Of a stretch of 64,000 nt of DNA, positions 1 to 12,900 are shown piece by piece. A program made the translations under genes and the position numbers. Below the pieces are notes generated by a model, which saw nothing but the letters and a program-made list of their open reading frames with translations, did no database searches and had not been told where the DNA came from. The first letter of the stretch is position 1. Each line of letters opens with the position of its first letter. The DNA comes from Azolla caroliniana (taxonomy: Eukaryota; Plantae; Polypodiophyta), in assembly GCA_043228905.1 (NCBI GenBank), contig JBHGNT010000021.1, forward strand, positions 4,464,001 through 4,528,000, read 5' to 3'.

Positions 1-1
1 C

Positions 2-3000
2 GGAGAAAACGAGGCAGAAGCCTTTTCAGCCTACGAATCGGATTCCGAAGGGGGATACAACGTGCACACGAACTACCGGAGCAGCAACGATACCCCCGGC
101 GGCCCGGAGGACGACGGGTCGGATACCGTGCCGACTCCAGAACCGGAACCGCTCGACCAGGGCTATCCGGAACCGCAAACGGAAGCCGTCAACCCACCAA
201 CACCGGAAGTGGAAGAAGCAAAGCCACCAACACCAACGAAAGAGCCGGCGAAGGTACCGGAAGACGAGCCGGTGAAAGAACCGGAAAAAGAACCGGAAGA
301 GGAACCGGAAAAAGCACCGGCAAAACAACCGGAAGTGGAACCGGAGAGAAAACCGGAAAGATATCAGCAAACGCCACTAAACCGCGGCCTAATTCTGGAC
401 GACGACATGCCGTTCCAATACTCAAAGTATCGCGATGATCCGGACGCGGAAGCGCATGTTCATGCCTTCGAGCAGACATGGGAAGCAAATCACACGTCCC
501 AGCGAATGACACCGGAGGAAGAAGAACGCTCGAAGATAGCAGAATTCGGGGTCACGTTAGAAGGACCAGCGACACGATGGCGGCGGACGCAAGACCCGAC
601 GACCATCACAACCTTTGCAGAATTAAAAGCAAAATTCTTGCATTTTTTCCACAAGGAGGTCGACCAGACGACAATGGTGGGCCTGTTTTATACGATCCGA
701 CAGGAGGCAGGGGAAAGCATTCCCCAATTCGTCATCCGTTTCCAACGAATGCATAGCCAGCTTACCCGTGCACCCCCGGAGGAGGAATTACGGACGATAT
801 TTTTAAACGCACTCCGGGAACCGTTACGCACGGTGTGTACGGTAATCGACTTTCGAGGAAGCACCATTGACCAGGTCATTGACCGGGTCAGGGAAATGGA
901 AAAGTCAAGCTCATGGCTTACACTGGGAACACTGCAACGGGCGTTACCCACCGAGGAAGATCTCCGGTTCCGGCAGGCGATTCAATGCACAATCTGCTTG
1001 AATGCCGGACACTCGGCAGTGGAGTGCACCATGCGAACCCAGTGTGTGATTTGCCAATCCAAGAGTCATACAACGGACCGGTGCGAGTATAACCTGCTAA
1101 ACCGACAAGCACCACCCGTCCGACGGATCGAGCCAAGAAGCAGCCGAGACGAAGATGAAGATCGTTGGCAAAAAATGAACCGGTACCGACCGACACAGGA
1201 TGTCCGGTACGGAGACAGACAAGAGAATGATGGCCGGTACGGGAATCGGCATGATAACTACGACCGGTATGAGCGATCAGACCGCTATCGGGAGTCCAAC
1301 AGACGACACGAGCAATACGACAGAGACCATTCCCCTGGTTACTGAAGGCACCAGGAGGACTACGGCCGATTTTACGATCCACCACGACCGGACTACCGAA
1401 ATAAAAATAAGAATAATAAGAAACGGAATTTCAAGAAAGGTGGTCACACTAGGGACCCGGAACATGGAACCCCAAGGAGCCAACCGGCACAGAACGCACC
1501 ACTCACTACGGGACCGACTCCGGCTACCAGCAATGCTGAATCCAGCAATACCCGTAAAGAGTACTGCTACTACTGCAGGCAGGAAGGCCACTACAGTAAC
1601 CAGTGCCCGGTAAAGAGCTACGAGAAACGACCAGCAGTTAATATGGTGGTTCCGGAAGTGGCGGATATACAGCAAGTAACCACACGGTCGAAAGGCATGG
1701 CCAAAGAGTGGGGAACACAAGAGGCCATACGAAAACAGGCGACGGAATGGGTGAAGGAAGCCAATGAAAGGAACATCGCGGACGCGGAACGGCAAAAGGC
1801 GAATACCATAGGGAGTGCCGGCGCTGGCCACGCAGAAAACGAGACATGGCAAGCACTGCAAGAATGTCAGATCACGTTGCCATTAGGAAGACTCTTGCAG
1901 CTCGTGCCGCGATTTACGGAAGGACTAAAAACGGGCATGACAGACGGTATAGCCCCACCGGCACCAGTCCTCTTCTCGAACCCGGAGGAGGGACCGACGG
2001 TGGTGGACACTAGTAGTCCGGTGATTACAGCTATTGTCAAAGGGCACGAACTTCCCGGCACAGTAATCGATGGAGGTTCCGGGGTGAACGTAATAAGCCT
2101 CCACACGTGTAATGCCTTGGGTATACATGAATGGGAGCCATGTCCGTTCTGGCTACGGATGGCGGATACGAGCTCTGTACGGCCGACGGGCTTAATACGG
2201 AAATTGGAAGTCACCATAGGAGGCCACACATTTCACATCTCGGCTGTAGTGCTGCAGCTACAGGCGCAAGGCGCGTACCCACTGTTGCTGGGCAGACCAT
2301 GGTTGAAAACAGCACACATCAAGCAAAATTGGCGGAAAAATATGATTACCTTCCGACGCGGAAAAGCCAAGGTCCGGGTTCCGACACAACCACGGACGAG
2401 CAACGGTAAGGAATGCACACCGCTATATGCGGAATGCGTGAACATGCTTGAAGGGTTGGCAGACGACGAAGAAGCCCAGTACTTGGAGGAACACCCAAAG
2501 ATCGTACCACTCTTCGAGATTGACGTGGCTGAAGCCGTAGCGCCATACTTGCCGCAGCGGGACGAAACCGAAGCCGAACCAGACAAAGATGCGATTCGGG
2601 AATTACGGCAAGCACAGGAAGCGTTGGAACGGGAAATGGCCGTTTCCCAACTGGTAAAAACATCCCAGCTCGACGAAGTGAACCTAGGAAGCAAGGACGA
2701 ATCAAAGCCGGTTCACATCGCCAAAGAAATGAAGCCGGAAGATAAAGCGGCGATGATCAAACTTCTCACGGAGTTTCGCGACGTATTCGCCTGGTCATAC
2801 GAGGACATGCGAGGGTTGGACCCTCAATTATATCAGCATCAGATCCACTTAGGCAAGGACGCGAAACCAGTGGCGCAACGACGTTACCGAATGAACCCCA
2901 ACTACGCAGCCAAAGTGAAGGAGGAAATCGACAAACTCCTAAGAGTGGGCTTCATCCGGCCGGTAAAGAAAGCGACGTGGCTGAGCCCCATCGTCGTCGT

Positions 3001-5632
3001 CCCAAAGAAGAACGGTAAAATCCGCGTGTGTGTAGATTACAGGAAATTAAATGCAGCCACAATTACGGATGCATTTCCTCTTCCGTTCACGGATGGAGTA
3101 CTGGATGCCGTCGCCGGCCATGAAGTTTATAGCTTTCTAGACGGGTTCAGCGGTTACAATCAAATCCGGATGCACCCTGACGACCAGGAGAAGACAACGT
3201 TCGTCACCGAATGGGGGGTGTTTGTGGCCGAAGTAATGATGTTCGGCCTAAAAACGGCACCAGCAACTTTCCAGCGAATCATCATGGAGATCTTCGGCGA
3301 ATACATTCCTGCCTTCATGCAGGTGTTCCTGGATGATTTTGCAGTCTATAGCCGGGGAAAAGACCATTTGCAGCACCTACGGTTATGCCTTGAAAAGTGT
3401 AGGTTATACCGGCTAAGCTTAAACCCAGCAAAATGCATCTTTGGGGTTTCAAGTGGAATATTACTGGGACACATTGTAAGTAAGGAGGGCATTGCGGTCG
3501 ACCCGGACAAAGTAAATGCGATACTAGGGGCACCGGCGCCGAAAACGGCCAAAGCACTAAGCCGATTCTTAGGACAGATCCGGTGGCACAGCCGGATGCT
3601 CCGTCACTTGGCTGACTTGGCTACACCATTACACACCGCGGTACATCGGACACCGTTCCAATGGACGGATACGGAGGATAAGGCATACAATGCCCTGAAG
3701 GTTCTTTTGTCGCAAGCACCCGTCGTGCAGCCTCCGGATTGGAGCAAGGAATTTCATGTGTTCGTGGACGCTTCCGACATCGCTATCGGCAGCGCCTTAA
3801 TGCAACTTACGGAGCCTAAATGGTACCGGCCGGTATATTATGCCAGCCGGAAGCTGTCCCAAGCGGAGAAGAACTATTCAACGACGGAACGGGAGGCCCT
3901 GGGCATGATCTACAGTGTAACAAAGTTTCGTCATTACCTATTGGGAAGGAAGTTCTCCTTTCATGTGGATCACTCGGCGCTCCTGTACTTAGTGTCCAAG
4001 GCGTCCCTGACCGGTAAGTTGGCCCGTTGGACCTTGCTGTTGCAGGAGTTCGAATTCGAGATTTTCCACCGGCCCGGTATCCAGCATGCCGTAGCAGACT
4101 ACCTGAGCCGGTTAGAGTCCGGAGAATCAGGCGACGGAGTAGCGGATGAATTCCCGGACGCAGAGTTATTCCGTATCACCCCGGAAACGGCAGCGGATGA
4201 CACGGTGGCATCAGAAGATAGGTGGCTGACAAACATGCACCAGTTCCTAAGCACGGGCCTGCCACCGGAGGAAATGAACCGGGACGAGAGGAAACGACTG
4301 GCGGTGCAGAGCCGCAATTTCTGTCTGTTACGGGACACTCTCTACCACAAAGGAGCAGATGGAATATGGAGACGGGCAGTCCGTAGTGACGAGAAACAAA
4401 TAATCTTACGGGAAGCACACTGTGGGGTTGCCGGAGGACACTATGCCGGGGAAGCGACGGCAAGGAAAGTATGGCAGAGCGGCTTATGGTGGCCCACGAC
4501 GTTAAAAGACGCCGTCAAGTATGCTAAGGAATGTGACCTATGCCAACGAATGGGCCAGCCTACGGAGCAAGCACGGATGCCACACCAACCGGTACTTCCA
4601 CTAGAGCCATTCCAGAAGTGGGGGTTGGATTTTGTCGAACCGTTCAAGCCACCGGCAATGAGAACGGGTAATCGTTATGTCATCGTGGCAACAGATTATT
4701 GCACTAAATGGGTGGAGGCTAAGGCCTTGAGAGACAATACCGCGTCATCCACAGCAAAATTCCTGTACGAGAACATTTGGTGCCGATATGGATGTCCGAT
4801 TGAATTAATCAACGACCAAGGAGGGCACTTCCTCGGCCAGGTAGTGGAAAGCTTAACAACGTTCTATGCCGTGGTCCATAAACGGAGCACACCGTACTAC
4901 CCACAAGCGAACGGGTTAGCAGAGTCCACCAACAAAACGCTGCAGAACATTCTCCGCAAAATCGTCAATGAAAACTGGACGGACTGGGATACAAAGCTCC
5001 ATAGCGCGCTATGGGCGTACCGAACGGCATACAAAACAAGTATCCGGACAACGCCGTTCCGGTTAGCGTTCGGCTTAGAGGCGGTCATGCCGGTGGAATT
5101 TCAGGTACCAAGCTTACGGATCCAACTACGGGAACGGCTGAATGAAAAGGAGTCGGAGGAAATGCGGCTAGTAGCACTATGCGAACTGGAGGAGCAACGG
5201 CTGGCCAACATCCTACACATGGAACTGGAGCAATGACGACGGAAAGCATTCGTTGACCGTCACCGGAAAGGTAACGAAAAGATGTTCGAAATCGGAAAGC
5301 CGGTGCTAGTATTCCAAACGAGGATGGGCAAGATGCCGGGTAAACTCCGGTTTAGATGGACAGGCCCGTATTGGCTGACACGGGAATACAACGGGTCCTA
5401 TCAGATAGGGACACTTGCCGGTGAAGTACTAGGCAAGTGGGTGAACGGATTTAGACTAAAGCCCTATAAAGGACCGATGCCAAAGAACCCGTTTATGCAG
5501 CCCACCGGCACTATACCGAGAACGGTACGGATGGAAGAAAAAGACGACGGGGAACCAGTAGCAGAGGCGAAGGAAGACACGGCAACCCGAAAAGAAAACG
5601 GTAAGGGTCCGAAGGGACCTACGGAGGTGTAA
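2..5632 (+). pseudogene. gag-pol: A gag-pol polyprotein in a single frame, with two premature TGA stops (1343, 5234)
   Basis: ORFs 62-1345, 1643-5236 and 5282-5632 share one frame and are open in between. Three CCHC knuckles (CTICLNAGHSAVEC, CVICQSKSHTTDRC, CYYCRQEGHYSNQC), protease VIDGGSG, RT FLDDF, RNase H FVDAS, integrase HHCC and KWGLDF core. Confidence 0.92.
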
Positions 5633-5646
5633 GATCACATACCGTC

Positions 5647-5649
<3 letters not shown>

Positions 5650-5678
<29 letters not shown>
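5650..5678 (+). repeat. Poly-A tract (29 A) between pol and the extra ORF
   Basis: Direct reading. Confidence 0.9.
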
Positions 5679-6004
5679 CATTAAAAATCGAGGTATGAAC
5701 GGGTGTGAAAGCAAGGAGCGAAAAGGTACGTAGTGGGCATTTAAGAGCCGCCACGTTACTTAATACTAAATCGGTACACGACGTGCGCATGCTCGAAAAA
5801 GGCGCCAAGACGCACAGAGAAAAAGAAGAGCGCATGGAGACCTTCTTTTTTCGCGAGCCAAGAAGCACAGAAGCACCAAGGTAGTGGAAGCTTAGCAAAC
5901 GCGAACCTGCACTCAGAGAACCCCCGCGTTCAGAACGCTCTCTCTCTCGCTCTCACTCTCATCACCACTCTACCTCGCCATCTTTCCTCGACCTCGAAGC
6001 AGAC

Positions 6005-8647
6005 ATGGAACCACAAACGCTGACGGAAGCGGCCAGGAAATGGTTCAGGCAACACGGACTGGATGGGTTCTTGACCATCATGGAGGCACCACCGCACAGA
6101 GAAGCCGACCGGGTCATCAAGGAGCTCGCCACAGAGGTCATCACCGAGGAAGCGATCCGTGCGCTAACAGGCCTTCCGGAGGGAGGTATCTTTCAGATCG
6201 ATAACCCAACCTCGGAGCAACTCATCCGATATTTCGGTGAGTACTCTGTTGCCGGCAAAGGCTATCGAACGCAGGGCGGCGAAGATCCGCTATTCAGGGA
6301 GATAGCTCGAGTGCTCCATGAGTACGGCCACGTGTACCCCCGACCCCCTGTCATGCCAAAAAATCGGGCAGGGATGATCATAGCCACCTATGAAGGGATC
6401 AAGGTGGATTGGCCGGTGTTGATTGCAGACGGGTTGTGCGCGGCAATCGACATGGTACGAGGAAAGGACGGCAAGGAGGGCCGGAAGCTGTGGCACGCCG
6501 TAGCTCAGTGGATAACATTGCTAGTGCCGCCGGTCGAGACCGTCCAGCCAAAGAAGCGGCCAAGATTATCGGAAGGAAGCACCTCGAAACCCGCGTCTAA
6601 ACGACAGCAGCTGCTGGCGTCGAAGGTGACGAAAGGGAAGAAACGGGTCCCAGAACCGGAGGAGGTGTCACCGGTCCGACCCGTTAAGATAACCATACGG
6701 CGACCGGGACAGAAGGAACCGGAACCCTTGACAGCATAGAGACATGCCGTTACCCAGGAAGAGGAAACGGAGGAGGCAGAAGAGCACCTACAACGACGGT
6801 CAAGAAGTAGGACCGCCGGGACAGCAGGGGAGCGTTCGTACCCGCAAGAGGAAGAAACGACGCCCCCAACTCAACCTGAGCAAACCACAAGGGAGGAACC
6901 GGAACCGGTGCGTATGGAACCGGCCTTGTCGACTTCTATAGAAGAAGTCATTCCAACGGCTCCGGAGACGGCGAGAACCGGAACTCAACAGCCGGCGAGC
7001 CCAGCCAGCACACACGGCGGCCAAGGAGTAGGACTAGTACAACAGCAAGGCACCAGTAGCATGTGGCTACGGTGGGTGGGCGAGCAAATCGCCGGAGTGG
7101 TCGAGTACATAGAGGCGGAGGAGAGAGCGCACCACGAACGGTTGCTCGTCACAACCGTAGATCTGGAGACGGCCCGGTCCAGAATCCGGAGCCTTGAACA
7201 AGACTTGGACAGGGTCACAAGGGAAATGGCTCAATTCGCGTTGACAACACAAGTCCAAGCACCGGTGACTCTGGGCAATGTACAGAATAAGGCGTCAGAT
7301 CAACCTGTACATAGCAATCAGACCCCGGCAACGGAAACCGTTCCGGAGAGAAATGCGGCACAGGCCCAAGAGCTTGCGGATTTAAAGGATGAGCTAGCTG
7401 CCCAAGAAGCGCTGAGGAGCCGCGAAAGAGAATTGAAGACGGCAGCGGAGGCAGAACTCAAAAAGACTGCTGAGAATCTACGCCGGGCTGAGGAGAGCTT
7501 ACGGAAAGGCCACCAAGCGTACGACCGGCTCAAGGAGGAGAAGGAGAAAATGCTGCAAGAGAAGGACAGGCTCCGGAGGAACGCCGAAACAGAAGTAGAG
7601 CGCCTGAAAGAGGAACTCCGGCAGGTAAAGGACCGGGAGGACCGGAACCAGCGCCAGATCAACGACAAGCTCAAACAAAAAACGGAGGAATTTGAGCACT
7701 TGCACCGGGAGTATAAACGTTTGCAAACGGAGCACAAGGAACGGACAGATGAGCTCCGGCAAGCAGTTGATCGGACCGCAACGGCATACGCTAAGGAACA
7801 AGCGGAAACCAGAAGACGGTTGGAAGAGGTGGAGAAGGTTCGGATAGAGCTCCTCAGGCAACAGCAGGCGGAAAAAGAAAGAGCAACGGAGGTACTGCAG
7901 AGGCTGCAAACAACATATCAAGGGCAGCTGACGCGCTACAGAGAGCAGGCGGAGGATACGGCTAATCTCATCAAGCAGTTGAAGGAGGAACGACAAGTTG
8001 TGGAAAGTAGAGCGCAAATGGGAGCAAGTCGTATCCAGGATATCATGCGGGCCTGGTTGAACCAGACCAAGAGCTTGATTGACAACGGTTCCGTCAAATG
8101 GTGGACCAAGTGGGCCACAAACGCGGCGGAACTCCAATTGCTCCGGGCCGACGTAGAGAACCGGCGGAAGGAGGGAGATGATTGCTATATGCTGACTTCC
8201 GAAGACTTCACCGGCATAAGAGATGAGCTGGCCGAGGACTTTCAAGCCTTGGCAGACGACCAACTAGGGCAAGTCCGGCAACTTGTAGCTCAGCTGGACG
8301 ACGACAGGCTGGAGGCGCAGATCCAATTTGAAAGCTACGAGAGGTCCCGGATCCGGGAAGAGAAAGCACGAGAACCGGTTACGGTCAACCTCAGTGATGA
8401 GGAACCTTTACTGGAAGGAGACCAGACCGGAAGCAGTCAAACGGAGATGCCGGAGTCAGAGAGACAAACGGAGCAGCCGGAGTCAGAGAAACAAATGGAG
8501 CAGCAGCAGCAAGCAGAGCAGCCGGAGCAGCCTCAGGCCCAACCGCAACCACAGCAGCAGCAGCAAGCACAGCCGCAACAACCACAACCGGAAGAACAAG
8601 TGGAAACTCTGGAACAAAGTATTTTGGACAATTTGGGTGAACAATGA
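6005..8647 (+). CDS. A extra 3' ORF (~880 codons, one in-frame TAG at 6737): globular N-terminus, long coiled coil, Q/P/E-rich tail
   Basis: ORFs 6005-6739 and 6908-8647 share a frame and 6740-6907 is open. It lies between pol and the 3' LTR and has E/K/R/Q-rich heptad-like composition. Confidence 0.8.
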
Positions 8648-8699
8648 AGGGCCCGAGAAGGGTTCGACGTACAAGGTACTGTCCCACGGGCGTGCCATG

Positions 8700-9083
8700 T
8701 GTTACCGGCCGGCAAGGAGTCCAAAATACGGAGTGAAGGAATTAATTAAATATGGTTGTAAATGAGCATAGTGTGGACGGACGGACTGGAAACGGTATGC
8801 CGTTCCAGATCCGGACGGATCCCGAATAGGTGCGATAGGCACCGTTTTGTACTACGGGCCGGAAACCTATTTAAAGGCCCGGACCCCATTGTAATAGCAG
8901 CGGATAATTAATAGAGCATATGGTGTTTATACTTCTGTGTTGATTTCCGTTCTGTAATTACTGTTATATCTTACGCGTGTAATTAACCAAAGCACTCTAA
9001 TCGTGTAACCTACGTAAGTCGGTGTAATCGTTGAATCTTAATCCTATGCCGTAATCACCCTTTGGTGAAGTGTCTCCGTGACA
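8700..9083 (+). repeat. Putative 3' LTR of A
   Basis: Imperfect inverted termini TGTTACCGG...CCGTGACA and a TATTTAAA box near 8868. The partner LTR is outside the window. Confidence 0.65.
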
Positions 9084-9327
9084 CCTTGTGTTAGGCCTTG
9101 TCCGGCTAGCGAATAACAAGGGAGTGAGTCGAGTCGTTGCCGTCGAAGTGATCATCTTCATACTCCGACATTTTCGCCTTCCCTTTCTCCAACTTCGGAC
9201 TTGGCCGAGATGTGCTTTGATCACTCGGGGGCTCTTGTGGCCCACTATGCCTTGTCGTAATCGGGCTTTCTTCGAACATGCGCATGAGCAAATCATCGGC
9301 TTCTATCTCTATTTCGGCGTATTCCTG
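9084..9327 (-). pseudogene. Copia C fragment 5 (post-integrase linker)
   Basis: EYAEIEIEADD...RPSPKLEKGKAKMSEYEDD joins in frame with 26456 (VFDESASWYALETTSTPIPLNP) once B and a 4-bp duplication are removed. Confidence 0.7.
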
Positions 9328-9946
9328 TGTCGTGGAGAAAACCGTCCCCAGGAGGAATCGGTGGATAGTGTTCATGAATTGGCCCTTACACACGAGCACA
9401 TGTTTTGATGTATTTACATAGTACAGGGCAACGATGTAATTATCCTAGGTAGCACGGATTTATTAGATAAGGGATCGAAGAGGATCTCTGTACGGGAGGA
9501 CAGAGAACAAAAGCGATGAAACAGTCTGTAACAGTTCTCTCTCCTTGTGCTATAAAAGGAGAGGAAAGGGGCTGAGTGGGGGAGCACAATTTTGGAGAGG
9601 GCGAAGTGTTGTTGTACTGGGAACCGAGCTCTAGCCTCCACTTCCATTGCTACTTCTGCAAGGATTTGGGGTTAGGTTGGTTGCCTCAGCTGCGTGAAAG
9701 CCCGTGTGCTTCCGGTAGAGGGTCCTCTGCGTATTTCAGTGCATGTGTTCATCTGTGTTGAGTCTGTCATCGGTTTGCCGGTTGTAGCATTGCAAGCTCT
9801 ATAATCTATGCTATTATTGGAATTGATTCTTTGTTCGTTCTCTCTGTGTTTCTGCGAATCTCTCTCCCTCTTCTCTCTCACGCTCCTCGGTTCAGGGCCC
9901 CCGCGGTCCCGCCTTACTTCATACACGAGAGCGTAACAACACGACA
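9328..9946 (+). repeat. B 5' LTR
   Basis: Direct repeat of 20210-20582 plus 26199-26455, with inverted termini. Confidence 0.92.
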
Positions 9947-9993
9947 TTAATTTGGTGAACCCAACGTGAATCAAGGCAGTAGAAGAGTTGAGG

Positions 9994-12900
9994 ATGAGGG
10001 GATCGGAGCTCGCCGAAGCCATGGCGGCAACAGTCGATCGGATAGTGAGGGCTCGCGAGGGCACGAGCGCCCTCGACAAGGCCATTGAATCAATTGTCGG
10101 CGCATCAGGCCGGTTCGGTGGGAAGAACGTCACGAGCTACTTGGAGTCCTACCGAGCCGAGATGGCGATGAGGGACATTGCGAAAGACAGGCGGTTGGTT
10201 GGATTCCCTTGGGTGGCGACACTAGACATTCACGCGGAGGTGCTCAAGGTGCAGGCTAGATGCCGGACATGGGAAGAGTTCGGGGGGCGGCTCCTCAAAA
10301 GGTACAGGCTCGATGACGCGCTTCGGCTAACAAAGTGAGAGTTCATGGAGTGGGTGGAGACCCCCGAAAAGGGGAGGAACATGTCTGCGCTCCTCCAGGA
10401 ATTTGAAAAATGGTTCGCTCGATTGTCGGTGTTTGACCGGACTGTGCTCGACACGAGCCGGGTCCTATTGTTTGTCAAAGCGGTGGATGCATTGGACCGG
10501 GAGAAACTGGGTCTCCTATTGGAGATGGACGAAGGGCCGTGGTAAAACAAGTCTGTAGTCGTTTCGATAAACGGCGTGAATGGAGCGGCGAGGGATCGCC
10601 GACAGCAAGGCCGGTCCTGGCAAGGAAGTTCAAGGAGCCGGTATCGATAAGGAAAGATGAGACTCAAACTTGGTAGGAGTCGGGTGCGGGATCTCTAGAT
10701 CACGTAGGCCTGGAGAGATAGTGGCGAACAATCTCGTGACCGAAGGCCGCCGACAGGGCAACGGTGCATGTGGTGTGGCACGGTCGGTTACATCCAGAAG
10801 GAGTGCACGGATTTCGCGGAAGCGCTCAGGGCTAACGCGGTGTACCTCTGGAATGGGCGGGTACACGTCAACGAGACTTGGAAATCCTTGGAGTTGAATA
10901 CTGGGCGTGGCGGAATGAAGCGGTTGATGGAGGACGCCGTGGCGCGACATGCAGAGGCCATCCACTACTTGGCATCGGCGGGGATCCAGGTCGGGGGCGA
11001 CGAGGATCTGAAGGCAAAAGACTCTGGGTTTTGGCCGCTGGTGCTAAAGGGCCTCTCCGGGGTTCGGCTAAAGGAGGAAGAGGCGGAACGCGCAAAGCAG
11101 CGGATCCGGGAGGTCACCGAATGGGACGATCCAATTGAGGAAAAGACTGGCTTCGTGGAAGCCGCGTGCCAGAACTATGAGATTCTGGTGGAAGATAAAT
11201 GTGCGGGTAAGGCCGGAGGGGCTGGACCCTCACAGCGGTACGAGACCCGGTTCAAGCCGAAGAAGAGCAATGCCGGTAGCCCCGGGATGCCTGACAAAGT
11301 AAAGTCGGCCGGTTATTGGTTGAGCACCGAAATAGAGAGGGCGACGGACCTGCGGAAGGTCCTAGAAGAGCGAATCCTTGACAACAAGGTCGAGCTATCC
11401 TTGAGGGAGGTGCTGGGGATCGCAAAGGAGTTCCAAGACTCCATCGTGGACTTGGTGAAGCGAAAAAGACTCTTGACAGAGACGTAACCGAAGAAGCCCG
11501 TAGAGGTGCGTACTACGCGCCTAGAAGATGTGGCCCTGGAAGACAAGTTAGCAGAAAGCCACTATTCGAAGTTGCACTGGGCTAGAGCCACAACTGAGAC
11601 CCCGATCGGATCGGGGACATCCATGACCCGGTCGTGGCATTGATAGACCACCGCTCAGAAATCAACTTGATGTCCATGGACTTTTACAAAAAGGGGAAAT
11701 GGCCAATCAATACCAAACATGGCTGGAAGATACGCGCGACAACCCGTGCTACGGAGGAACTACACGGGGCGTGCCCGAATGTGTGCGTCAAGATCGGCGA
11801 TGTTGAGATAGATCAACACTTTTTCGTGCAGGAGACGTCCTTGCACCTGGTGATTCTCGGTGAACCGTACATTACATCGGCACGCATGGAAACAATGGTG
11901 CTTGACAATGGTTCGGCGTAGGCGCGCGTCAAAAGCCAAGACAGACGACGCTCTGTCCAATTCCTGACCGTACGATCGAACCATGAGTGTAACCGTGAGA
12001 CCCTTAGCGGTGACAGCCGAGGGGATTTTTATAGAGGGCTATCAAGGCATGGGGCTACGATAGTCCGGACACCTCGGAGGAACCCCACATGTGTACAATA
12101 GGTAGGGGGTTTTGGTTCTCTGAAAGCGGAGGTTGTACCGTAACCGGCATCAACGGTCGGGAAAGGAAGCGGTTGGAGGAAAGACTTAGGGCGTCCGGAG
12201 TCCTCACCCCCGATGAGGAAATTAGCAGCACTGTGGAGGTGGTCTCTTTCAATGACACCTTAGGGTAATTACTGAAGGTATCCGAAGAAGGCCTCGATGA
12301 AGATCGGATGATTCCGGTTAGCTCAGTAGAAATGTACGAAGTCATTGCCGACTTCGGGGGAAGGGTCGGGTCGGATCAGACAGTTCGAGTGGATACGAGG
12401 TACAAGACTATGGACTGGAAGGTGAGGCCAATCGTGGTTCCCTTGCCGGAGGGCAGCAGGAAGTGGATAAAAAGGGTCGCGTACGACCCAAGTTTGCGGA
12501 ATCCGGCCGACATAGGACACCAGTTCACCGACATAACGTTGCGGGAGCTCAAGGTTGGTGAGGGTGAGTTTCTATTGCCGGCGGAGGAGGAACGATTTCG
12601 GAGGTTGCTCGGAAGGCATGGGAAAGCCTTCGCATTCTCGACGGAGGAGATCGGATGCGTAGACCCGACGATCATAGAACCGATGGTGATATTCACGGTG
12701 CCGCATGTGCCGTGGAATCTCAAACCGATTCCGGTACCCAGAGCTCACATCCCGAAGTTGATGGAGCTGCTGAAGCAGAAAGTGGAGATGGGCATCCTTG
12801 AACCATCGAGCGCCCTGTATTCGAATCAGTGGTTCATTGTGCCAAAGAAGAACGGCACGCTGCGCTTTATTCAGAACCTGCAGTCGGTCAACAAGGTGAC

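Larger units (their letters stand above)
1..9083 (+). mobile_element. Element A: Ty3/gypsy non-chromovirus (Athila-like) LTR retrotransposon, 5' end outside window
   Basis: Domain order is gag-PR-RT-RH-IN, with no chromodomain and no extra RNase H visible. An extra 3' ORF follows pol, then a putative 3' LTR at 8700-9083. Confidence 0.9.

Noticed and set aside
1343-1345. TGA as a programmed gag/pol readthrough stop in A
   Set aside because: It lies upstream of the third zinc knuckle, has no CARYYA context and is best explained as a CGA>TGA change like the one at 5234.
5650-5678. Poly-A as a LINE/SINE tail
   Set aside because: No TSD or non-LTR body is visible. It sits in the intergenic spacer of A.
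6908-8647. Host SMC/myosin-like gene
   Set aside because: It is intronless, lies inside element A, has no ATPase motifs and shares A's compositional style.
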